A stretch of 64,000 nucleotides of DNA from Lingula anatina (lineage: Eukaryota > Animalia > Brachiopoda), in assembly GCA_051362555.1 (NCBI GenBank), contig CM120644.1, positions 13,476,567 to 13,540,566 of the forward strand, written 5' to 3'. Below, one piece after another: positions 38,735 to 50,777 of the stretch; position 1 is the stretch's first letter; every line of letters starts with the position of its first letter. The translations under genes and the position numbers were made by a program. The notes below the pieces were generated by a model, which was not told where the DNA came from, made no database searches, and worked only from the letters and a program-made list of their open reading frames with translations.

Positions 38735-40228
38735 TGTTAAAGGTAAATGGTCACTAAAGTACTCGGACGTGAGCTGCTGTACCTTTATATAAGCTTCATA
38801 TTGATTTTTTATCACTGATCCATGGCCATTTGCAATTGAAGACAGGAAGTCTATGTTGAGAGATTTCATGAGTACACACTCTTCCAAGCACAGATCCCTG
38901 TACTTGCATATCAAACAACCAAACATGATATACCTAAAATTCACGGTACTTTTGAAATTCATTATCAAAAAAGCGCTGATAAACAAAAATAGTTTGCATA
39001 TATTTGATTTTATATACATTTAATAGCTGTTCAATATTTGATTTTATTTATTTCAACTTCCTTCTAATAGTTTTGAACCAATAACTGCGATTAGTATGTT
39101 TCCGTTTTCTGTGGTAGATAGGCTAAAATGTCCTACTACTAACATCTATCGATTGTGCATGTATGTTGACTTGTTAACTTTTGATGACAGGCTTTTACTT
39201 GGTTTGTTTGCAGATTTTTGGTACAGAATTAAGGAAAACAATCGCCATGCAAGGAGAATTCGTTCCATGCAAGGAGGATCCGTTCCTATCAAACTGCCCA
39301 TTTACACGCCTTGTTTTTGAAATTGGTCAATGAATGTTTCCGCCCCATCCAGCTGGTTCTGGCGGCACTTACGTAGATCTGAAATCTCCGATCTGAGTAT
39401 AGTCAAAATAATAATAATAATAATAATAATTTATATATGTTACTTATACAGTAGGATTGGGCAATAAAACAATTAATTCAATTGGTACCTAATTAGTAAT
39501 TTCATCATAAAATCAAAACAAAGCAGTGACATTTAGCTTCCGCGCATTTTCTCAAAAACAAGAAAAATAATAATAATAATGCAACCGCTGATCGTTATTT
39601 ATTATAAAATGACAGTTAAACATATTCAAAAGCATTCCATTTAATTTTCTTATGAATATCAATATTACAACTAAACACGGACAATCTCCAGATAAATTCT
39701 ACTCCGTGCTATCTAAATACATGTAGAAATCTACCATTATATTGATTTACAATATAGTTTTACAGTACATTATGACCTGTTCCCCTCACAAAACTGCTGG
39801 CACTTCAGACACACTATACACGTGTAAAAATGGACTAATTGTTTCTATATCCAAATATTAATACATATACACGAGTAAAACACGATTTAGTATATCCAGT
39901 TTCTTGTGCCCACTAGCGAATCTAGTGCTTAACATTCACACCCATGACCTCTGATCATGGGTCATAGCTTTACACCCGTTACCAAGTCGTACATTTCCTA
40001 CCTACAAAATGGCCGAGCTGGTAAATGTTCCGCCTTGATGGCAGTTATAGTATTATAGTTTACACTTTTGGTCACACGTTAATATACTTTTTTGAGGGTG
40101 AAAGATAAGAAGGTGATACCACCAAAGGTAAGAAAGTAACACGCCCACCCCCACCCCCACCCCTTTCTCTCCCCCCTCCCCTCCACCCCAGTTCCGTCCT
40201 TGCTATTACAGTGGACTTTGTGGCCGTT

Positions 40229-43200
40229 CTATCCAGTGCTGGTCGCGTTCACTGCAGTTGCGTCCTCTGTTGACGGTTTGAACTGAACCATCAGGAAAAA
40301 ATACGTCAGGAACATGCCAACAATCTGAAATTACACGAATGCTTTAGTTGGAACGGAATAATATTAAATAAATATGACTTATCGGGGAAATGCAAAAATA
40401 GCGATAAAATGGTATGGTTTCTCCTATTTCTTATTCTCTTAAAAGAAATGTGACATCAGTAATTAGGACAAATAACACTGCATTTACATCCCAATTATTT
40501 GAAATACACTTTACGTTAACAAGCGCAATCTCAACTACTGCAATCGACTGACAATTTCTATTCTGTTGATATTCTTAAAGACTTCTGTCCTAACTTATTA
40601 TTACGAATTAAAATACCCAATTTTCCAAAGATGTCTAAGATATAGAGGACCCCCTCCCTTTTGATATGCAAGTGCCCTCATCATTGGTCTAAAAGTTTGT
40701 CCCACCTCCAATTCCATGTACTAATTGTTTGACGAGAGCCCCCTCCCCCCCCCCCTCCCCATCTGTTAACGGCAGGGACGATATACAGTATTTTTATTGT
40801 TATCATTATAGTTTTTTACATTTCAAGCAGTTTGTTGTTCGTACATGCACCAGCTGGATGTTTAGATTGCCGGCATACGGGGCATTTTAAAACCAATTAT
40901 TATACTGTATATTATGTACATGAACATATCGTTAGAAGCATTCGCAGCACATAAATTCCAATACTTTTAGAAATGTAATGTTATGCTATGTGAGCTAACT
41001 TACCGTCAGAATGGTGGGCTTGTCAATAGTGAACAAACCCATGGCGCTGAAGCCGATCGAAGTTGCGCTTAGTTTATTGAGAAACATCTGAAACTGAATG
41101 GAGATTGAGCGTTAATTACCCCATGGCGGATTACGGAAATTGTTCAGAGGTGGGGAGGGGTCACAAGGATTAACAATAAATATTGAAATAAAACATAGTA
41201 GACGATGATAGATTTTTTTATAATGTAGAAAGCAAGGATGAAAATGTCATTGGTTTTGTGTTATTTCGTTTGTTAAATTGAAATTTTGGAAGGGGGAAGT
41301 GAAAGAGGTGGTACATTTGTACTTCCAAATACTGCAAGGGGGGCGTGACAGATTAACCCACTGCCCCTTCAACAAGCCCCCATTGTTACTTATTAGTGAA
41401 ATGGATCAATTATTAATGCCAGGTGAAATGGCTTGTTAAGGAGGAGAATTTTAATGGGAGGAGGGTTATGGCTGTGTAGTTTGCATAATAAAATTTGTGC
41501 GTATGTGTTTTAATGGCAAATACAACAAATTAAAGCATTGTTACTAGAGTGAAATTGATAATCAACCGTTGATTAAATAAGGAACTAATCCAATTAGCCC
41601 CAACGATTTCCTTTTCACTGTATCCTCAGTTCAGCAAGATAAGAAACAATTTTGCTTGCTATGCCCTACATATTTTTGTACATTAAGTATTTTTAATCTT
41701 ACTTCATTCATGATCGGAAAATAACATATCCTGGACTGTTTGTAAATTTATAATTTCGGCTCATAAAACAGTATATTCCAGAATATATAAAAACGCCATG
41801 TGTTGCAAAAAAGAAATACTTCAAGGTCCGATAAATAACATAACAATTATTGTAAGAGCAATGCTATATGACAAATAACATAACAATTATTGTAAGTGCA
41901 ATGCTATATGACAATCCTGCGCGGATGCAAGGAAGATAATAACTTTTTAAAGAACAAAAATTGCAGATGTGCAAATTAGATCTTTTAAACACACACACAC
42001 ACACAAACACGCATACACACACGCACACACACACGTGTGTGTTTGTGCGTGCGTGCGTGTGTGTATTGGTCCAAGGGAACTGTATCGAACATGATACCTG
42101 ACTACTTACCGGTATTTGCAGGTCCTGTTGCGAAGTGTGAAATTCTATGTCGTGAAGTTCCGAAAGTGGCGCATGTGCCTAAGATAAAGATAAGAAGAAA
42201 ATAAAATCATGTTTTTAGCACGTATCAAAAATTACCTTTGTCTTAAACCCGTCGGACTTGATATAGGATTTTCACTGTAAAGTACCAAATATAAGAGATA
42301 CAAAGACACAAATTTTATGAGTTTGCTCACTGGAAACCTCAAGTTAAAGTAAAACAAGACGCAAGTACACTTTCAGCCAATTAGAAACAGCAAGTTCTTT
42401 TCAGGTATCCACTCTCTCACCTGTGAATTTGTGATTAAAAAGAACATTAAAATTTTTCCATTATCTACCTGCTCGTTGACAACAGCGCCATACGCTATCA
42501 GCCCCAGCTGCGTGAACGCTTGCATGCTCCAAATCACCATGGCAACGATGGTGGGCACATCCTCCATCACTGCGGCAAAATGGTATATGAAGATATACAG
42601 CGTGATGCAAGCGGTGGCTGTACTGCTTACAAGAGCGTAGGCAATAAAAAAGGAGTACAAGTCATCCCCAATTTCCATGATTCGACAAAGTTTTTGATGT
42701 CTTCTCCGGAATGTTTCAAGGTCCAGAGGAGTTCTGCTCTCGACCGATTTCTGCACCGCGTTCTTGAAGTGGTCATTGTACGCCCTAAAGGCGTTCTGGA
42801 ACACGCCGCATACGCATATGTAAAAAGAGAACGGGAAGTAAGCGGCTGCTGATATTACGACCGTTGATATACAAGTGTAAACTGTCACGAATATGTTGCT
42901 CGCGTTCATCACTGACATGTCCATGAAACGATGGAACGGGGCGTGTATGAAAGGCACCCGTTGGTTCTGGTACGCAACTGTGATCCACAAAATATAGGTC
43001 AGGTTCATGACTATGGAGGACAGGGCCAGGCCGGTGAAGGTGACCACGAGGCAACGCACTTTCACTTCGCCTGCTATCCACGGCATATCTTGTTCCAGTC
43101 GAGCACATTCCTTCCAGAAAGCCGGTAATTTGTCTTGGCGGTGGCAAACGTGGAAGCAGAGCGTCCCTAGAATCGCGGCCAACAGGAAGAAAATGCTATA

Positions 43201-43584
43201 CGTTCCTTTGAAGAACAGTACTGGATTAGCAAGCACTTCGGTGCCGTCAAAAGCACCAAGACCTCGCGAGAAGAAATTTATCCATAGAATAAGCACAACG
43301 ACGAAGCTCCAAATTTTGGCAAAGGTCCATTTGGAGCGTTTGCTTTCAGTGTGCGCTCCTGCTAAGTCATGGATTCTCCCATCGCTGTAATTCTCAAAGT
43401 ACAACCCAAATACAGTCATTATTCTTAAAATCTGTCTCAAACCTTGGTAAATAGCCGACTCTCTATAAGGTACCGTGTAGCACATAATGGTGGCACGCTC
43501 TTTTAAATTCCCAACTTTTTTATGATTCTCTTTATCACGTAGGATGTATTCTTCTATCTCAGCGTCTGGATGCACGTGAGACAT
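40229..43584 (-). CDS. Gustatory receptor-like 7TM chemoreceptor, copy 5 (GRL5, divergent), 456 aa
   Basis: Exons 43584-42469, 42178-42110 (AHAPLSELHDIEFHTSQQDLQIP), 41093-41004, 40324-40229 (IVGMFLTYFFLMVQFKPSTEDATAVNATSTG*). Confidence 0.92.
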
Positions 43585-45279
43585 GTTGGCAGACGACAGG
43601 CTGGAATGCCACTGCTAATTAAGCCTAAAAGGCGACGTCCCTTAAACCTGAAATGTTTATTCAAGTGATCGATACTTTATACGCTTGTACGGCATTGGAT
43701 CTTGGATGTCTAAATGTGTATCGAGGTTTAAAGGTTTTTAATTTAAGATTGGTAAAATGTATGGTTACTTCAGATCCGCATACTTCTAACGAAATTACCA
43801 GTTTTTGTGCCGTCTGTGCGAACCTCAGCTAATCTTGCAGTGCTCCTGACGAAATTCACTACCATATCACGCCGTTACCAATCTTCCATCCGGGTTTCTA
43901 ATTTCGATTTTATATAAAGAAAGAATTTTTTAAATAATATGTGATGAAGTGCTATAATTGATGATCAATTAAAAACTGGCATAACATCATAGAAAAATCG
44001 CCTCTTATGATATGATATTTGATTATCAAAATTCATTCAACTTCGTGGTCAGAAAGAAAAAAACTGCTTATTCAAAATGATGCGGAAACCTCAAGTAAAA
44101 AAAATTAATTATGAAGAAATGCAAATGTTCAACTTAAACATGATTTGTGTGGACAACACGAAGGATGAAAAAGCGACTTCCTTCAAACGGAAAAAGTACA
44201 TAGCTGTTGGTTGATTTTCATTGATCTAAGAGTTAAATGGAATGCATTCACTTTTCCTTGTATTGATCAAATTCGCACATACGTAGTACATTTCCCTTCT
44301 ATTATCAGCCAAAATATCCGTTGTATTGTGGAAAGTTTCCAGTGAATTAAGGGGGATAGGTCAATCGTCGGGTTTCATAAGCATTCTTACACCGGAGTCA
44401 ATTTCTGGGTCGGGGTTCCATGACGTTGCTGACGCCGGAGGAGTAAAACACTTCATTGAAAACCATAATTACAGCATTGCTATTGGAAATGATTAATTGT
44501 GTACCGACTAAAAGCAATAAGTCAATTAGCCACTTATTAGAAGTTTGAAATATTTAAAAATTCACAGAGAAGGAGTACGTGAGGGGTTTTCCGTTTTTAT
44601 TGAGACAAATACTACCTTGCTCATTCAAAATGACATAGTGTCAAGTTAACAGTCTTTTAATTAAAGATGCATACAAAGTCAATTTTTGCCACAAAAACCG
44701 ACCAAATGCCAGCATATAGTTTCAAGTAGTATAACTAAGAGACTTACCAAAAGGCATCATTTAATTTTACCCGAAAATGATGTTTGATTTTTCTGCTTGC
44801 ATTCTACGCTGTATGTCAATGGGGCAGAAAAGTAGGTCACGATAGTAGGTTAAATTTTCGACCAAAAATTTAAAGAAAGGAGCAGTCTAAAGCTATTTTG
44901 GGCTGATCGAGTGATCTATTCAGTTTATCCCTTGGCATATGTCTTATTTATTTGAGTCGTATAAGAAACTTGTTTAATTGGTTTACATGAGCTACCGGGA
45001 ATCCACGCTCCACCGATGCTCGGTTCGTATGTACCTTAAACGAAGTAATACATTGAACAATTACTGTATCTTACTGTATCTGTGAGGGCAATTACCTATC
45101 AAAGATCTAATGAAGATATTTTTTAATTCTTAAAAACTGCTTAACTCATAATCATTCAATCTCTTATCATCCAATATCATTGATTTAAGTGAAAAATATA
45201 TTTTGTACAAATATTACATACGTAGGCGTAGACGTGTTTCCGCAAATACTACTAACCTATGACGTATATGCACACTTAT

Positions 45280-45390
45280 TATTTATCACGCGCTCTCGTT
45301 TGTAATTTCATCTCAAATCACGTGAGTGGCATATGTCACAGACGATGTATCTATGGCACAAATTTCTGCTGAATCAGGTGACGATCATGC
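45280..45390 (-). pseudogene. Degenerate partial duplicate of the 3' end of GRL6 exon 4 and its 3'UTR
   Basis: atttatcacgcgc...atttcatctcaaatcacgtgagtggc...gaatcaggtgacgatc matches 45914-46025 with indels; lacks the TY..QF part and the acceptor. Confidence 0.7.
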
Positions 45391-45950
45391 AACAATTACT
45401 GGTAAATTAGCATTAGGGCATTATATAAGAATGGAATGCACCGACACAGTATTCACTTCCCCCTTTTTTTCCGTATATTGATTATATTCACATATACTTA
45501 GTGCATTTCCCTTCTATGATCATTCACTTTGTTACTAAATATCCGTTGTATTGTTCAAAGTTTCCAGTGAATTAAGAGGGGTCTTGTTTCATAAGTATTA
45601 CGACAGTGTCATTTTCTGAGTAATGGCACTATGACATCAATCATAAGTAAAATAATCGGTAACAAACCGCAATTGCTACACCACTGCTGTTTATTATCTA
45701 CCTTCTAAATCATAAGTCAATTTGCTGCATTTTTGAAATTTGTAATATGTAAAAATGCAAAAGAGCACTACAGTACATGTAAATGAGAAATCTGCTTTAT
45801 TAATTTAGACATTCACTACTTTATAGTTCAGAGTTACATAATGTCATAATGTACAAATAACACATACGGAGACGTTTTACATGTACCAGCTACTTATAAT
45901 ATGTATAATGTCCATTTATCACGCGCACCCCTTTGTGATTTCATCTCAGA

Positions 45951-48900
45951 TCACGTGACAGTGGCGTTTGCCGCAGACGACGTATTCGTGGCAGACGACA
46001 ATCCTGTTGAATCAGATGACGATCCTATTGATGGTTGAAATTGAATCATGAGGAAGAAGTAAGTTAAAACCATACCAATTATCTGAAACGAAAACAACAT
46101 ACATACCTCCGTTAAACAATGTTTTATAAAATATATAATCTATTTCTATGAATTTCTGATTATTCTTCTGAATGTCCTTGTTCACTTATTTTTTTATTCT
46201 TCTTAATGTTTTTTTTTTACCTTAATTTGGCATTTCTGAGAGAACTCCCCTTCCTAGCGGACCTTGAGGCATATTGTTCGTTTATTTCTTTGATTGTCTT
46301 TTGATTATAATTTTTTTTTATTTACACGGATCAACTACCGATTTATTCATACCAGACCTTGCCCCGTACCCACAGGACATCTAACGATTAGCGAACCCGT
46401 AGTCACCACTGCTGCACTATTATATTCTGTTTTCATTCTAAATAATGCATGAAAGGGACTGAAGTAGTTATTATTGGTAATGTTTTACAGCTCAATAAAA
46501 CTACTTGCATAAACGTTCTAGAAACAAATAAACCGTTTACGGGATATGCTTAGTCAAATTTTGTCAATATCAAATAGAACTTGGTGTTATGTAAACCCAG
46601 TCGCTATAGGGCTTAAATGGTCAATGGGGGCCACACACACACAAACACACACGCGCACGCACACACACACACACACACACACATCAATTTACATGTATTT
46701 ACACCTATTAATGCTTACAAGGTACGTTTACACCATTTTCCTGATTAATTGATGATACATTTTAGCTTAAAAAATACCAATTACATTAGTTACCTTACTA
46801 AGCACTTTGGCAGTGATTTAGTGTTGTGACTATAGTTGTAGAAGTATCCTTGTCGTTTTATAGATTATCCTTAATGCTTTAAGTGGACTGAATACAGTAA
46901 TGCCCCCGGATCAATAAAGTTAATTGGAACTACATTAGGGAAAAACACCAATTACGTGTGTTACTTCAAGTTTGGACTATACGTGAAAGGAAAGTGATTC
47001 GGTAACACCAGCTGTGTTTGTTAGATAAAATATTGAGTTCCATCACATTAGAAATAAAAGGATTATAAAGGATTATGTCACTTAATAGAATCTAGTGGTG
47101 TACAGGTATGGCTACTTAATGTTTACTTGTACGCGTGCGTGTGTGTGTGTGTGTGTGTATGTGTGTGCACGCGCGCGTGCGTGTGTAACGCGAGAAAACC
47201 TGGTTAAAGATCTTAACTGAAACTTCGTTTAGGATAAAACCTAGTAACTATTTCATTCAAATGGCCATTTCGTTCAAAATCAATCTGTTATATAAACATT
47301 TAAGAAAATTATAGAATTGCGTGAGGAGTTATGTATTTACAGTCTACAAATTTAGTGTGGCTTGCTTCTCAGGTTTTGGAAATTGATTCTAATTGCAATG
47401 TCCGTGGATTTCTAACAAACTTGCAAAATCATCCATTTTCAGAACACACTCACCGTCAAAATGGTTGGTTTGTCTATAGTAAAGAGGCCAAGTGCACTAA
47501 ACCCTATTGGATTGACACTCAACTTGTTCAAGAACATCTGAAACTAAATCACAGAATATTGGTTTAATATTTTAAGTGTATGCATTCATTATTCATAAGC
47601 GTCGAACAAATTTGGAAACAACATGCCAATAATCGCTTTCTGAATATTTGCATTATAACATATTTTTGTGACATCGTTATACAGTGTACAACATAAGTAC
47701 ATTGCTTGTGAAAGAATAAAATAATTTTCTTAGATTTAGACGATAAGAATGCCACTTCTGCTCGGAAAGCATTCGGGCGTAACAAAACTGAGGGCCTGTG
47801 TAACAGAAAGTCCATCCTCTATTTAGTTATATTGCTTAGGGTTAGGGTTAGTGGGTCAAAATCTAGGGCGAGGGATCCCTGTACAAATGAATGGAAAGCG
47901 GACTCTCTATCATGGGCATTCTCTGTCACGTTACACTGGAGTATATTTACACAAGGTAATTATTTCAGTGGCATTTTTGAAAGTGAACAGTATGTAAATG
48001 TTATCCACACGATGGTGTACCGGGGTACACGTATAAATCACTCACTGGAATTAGTTGATCGATCTTGAAGGGGTCCAGTTGAATGTCATGAAGCTCTGAG
48101 AGTGGGGAGTGAGCCTGGAAATAGAAGAAAATATATATTTATAAAAATTTCCCCTAAAATTATTTTATTCCGATTTGCTAAAAAAAATGCCACAAATGCT
48201 TTTACACTTATTCTGGTATCTGTTTATAAATTTCTCCATTTTTTTCATAGCATCGGCGTTTCCGATGTTGATGTTGCAGTATTCTTTTTATTTCAGGAAG
48301 AATATGAAATAAATAAATTCACCCACCGCCCCCCCCCCCCCCCCCCCCCCCATCGTCCTTTGCTGAACTGGTGCTTAACGTACAGCATGCAGCATTTTTC
48401 TTTCCTTTTTTTTTCGAGCGAGGAGGAGTAGGCTTTTTTCTTTTTAAAATTACGTTGATCTATTGATAAATTGATTTCTTTCTCATACATACACATGTAC
48501 AGCCCATGCTGAGGTAAACAATGGCTAACTTTGCCTTTTGTAAAGTCAAAGCTGGTGATTGCCTCAATTTTCGTTTACTGACTCTGTTAACACAGTCTGT
48601 TCGTGAAAAAAGATATATTATTCCTTTACTATTGAAATGACATATGACCAATAAGCCATAACTGACTAGCTTCAAGCTGTGGTCACTAGTACTTTCGACG
48701 TAATTCGGGAAATATGATACATTTGTTATCGGATAGAGAATTAACTTTTGTACAAAACCCATCCGAATAATGAAAAGGAACAATCTGCATTGGCATTCCT
48801 ACTCTAGGGGCTCGCTGTGGTCCAGTGTTTGTTTTATGTATTATTTAGCATTATGGAACAAAAGCGTATGACTTAAGGTACACTTCAGGCTTTAAGGACT

Positions 48901-50777
48901 CACACGCATATAAACAGTGTAGTAAGTGTAACTTTGAGAAGTCAATACTGAAATAACAGGACACCAAAACAGCGTTGTCTCGTGTGTGACAGTGAAAATG
49001 GACGTATCGCCCAGATGTTATGTTGGACACATGAGAACGAAAACAATAACATCCCTTATTGATATCTAATTTGTCCATGAATATATGTGTAACTTTGTCT
49101 CATTATTCTACACATTTTGATTGCTCTACGCATACATGTACTTGATGATAAAAGACTGCTATTTTTCCAGAATTTTGAACAATTTACATAATAATCTTGC
49201 ATAATAATTTAGCCTGGCCAATTTTGTTAGAAAGGTATTTTGTGTGAGGTAATACACTGTCGCCTGAGCAATATACATAGCTTGCCAGAACACCTCAAGC
49301 TTCAGCGAGATGTGTTCAAGGCATATATCGCAAGAGGGTGGAAGTTTATTATTTGACATACATACTGAGAGAAAAGTGCTCGAATTCCACCGAAAAACAC
49401 CCCTAAAACCGAATAAAACGTTTAACGCCACGGTCACAAAACATCTCTAGGTACAGTATGTGTTATATTTATAAATATATGGACTAAGTAAACCTTGGTC
49501 TGACACATAAACCATGTCTTCCTTGTAATAAAACAGGCGCAATGTTTCATTTAACTGCACATCTACTGAATTTATATTGTGTCTACCTACTAAAGTTTGA
49601 TAAGTTAAAACCATTTTAGGATCTTAAGTCATTTTGAAAAGTAGCTACAGTAGGCCCATTCCCAACTCACCTGGTGATTGACAAACGCCCCCATAGAAAT
49701 AAGCGTCAACTGCAATATAAACTGGGATATCCAGATGGTGAAGGCGATGATGTTGATGACACTGCTTGTCACGGCGGAAAAGTGATATATCAAGATATAT
49801 ATAAGGAGGCAGAGAAGTCCCGTACTGAATACTAACGTGAAGGCGACAAACGCAGAGAAGAGATCGTCGGAAATCTCCATCAACCGGCAAATTTTCTGAT
49901 GCTTCCGGCGGTACGTTTCTAGGTCAATTAACCTCTCGGATTTTATGGAGTGTTTCACCGCCTCTTTGAATTCGGCGTTGAACTCTCGAAAAGAACAGTA
50001 GTGGACGTAGCAGACACAGACGAAAAGAGCCACCGAGGCGTAAGCGGCCCCGGACATGATGAGTCCGACGAGACAGGTGAATCCCAGTACGAGGCCGCTT
50101 TCAGTGGTCATGACCGTCATGTTCACAAAGCGGTCGAATGGAGTGAAAAAGAACGGGAATTGGGCGCCTATGACGGTCGTGGACACCATGTACACGAAGT
50201 TGAAGAGAACGAAGATGATGGCGAAAGCGGCGGATACGCTGATCACGCGACGCAGGCCGTTTGCTTTTACGATCGTCGGGATTTCGTGTTCTAATTGTGC
50301 CACCTCTTGCCAGAAGGTTCCTAAGCCATCTTCCTGGTTGCACATGTGGAAGCAGAGCGTGGAAAGTAAGGCACAGTATATGTAGTACGCCACGTACAAA
50401 ACTTTGAAGAATACAAACGGACTTGAAAGCGACTCATTGCCGTCAAATGCAGTGAATCCACGCACAGCATTCAGCCACAGAACCACAACTGCCACCACCC
50501 CGTACACTTTCCACCAGTTCAATTTTGCCGTGCTGTTCTTTTTATCAGACAAAAAAGCATCGTGAACTTTGGCACCACTTCGGCGCTCGTGGTACAGTCC
50601 CAAAACCGACATTAAGGCAAGGAATGGTTTGAAGAGTTGATAAATTTCCGACTGCGACTGGGTCACCTCCGTGGCATGTACCACATTGCCGTTGCCGTAC
50701 CCAACCTCTGGTTTCCCGTGACTGAGAAATTCCTCGACTCTTATGGTCGTGATTGAGCCGCTTCGCTTTCGAGGCAT
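45951..50777 (-). CDS. Gustatory receptor-like 7TM chemoreceptor, copy 6 (GRL6, divergent), 465 aa
   Basis: Exons 50777-49671, 48114-48046 (AHSPLSELHDIQLDPFKIDQLIP), 47543-47454, 46082-45951 (IIGMVLTYFFLMIQFQPSIGSSSDSTGLSSATNTSSAANATVT*). Confidence 0.92.

Noticed and set aside
38735-39019. 95-aa N-terminal extension of the GRL4 ORF
   Set aside because: Runs through the conserved TATA/promoter region; paralogues start at the Met equivalent to 38734.
41833-41912. 40-bp direct tandem duplication (a similar ~34-bp one at ~12978-13055)
   Set aside because: Ordinary slippage duplications in non-coding DNA.
47836-47851. ttagggttagggttag telomere-like repeat
   Set aside because: Under three units; too short to be meaningful.
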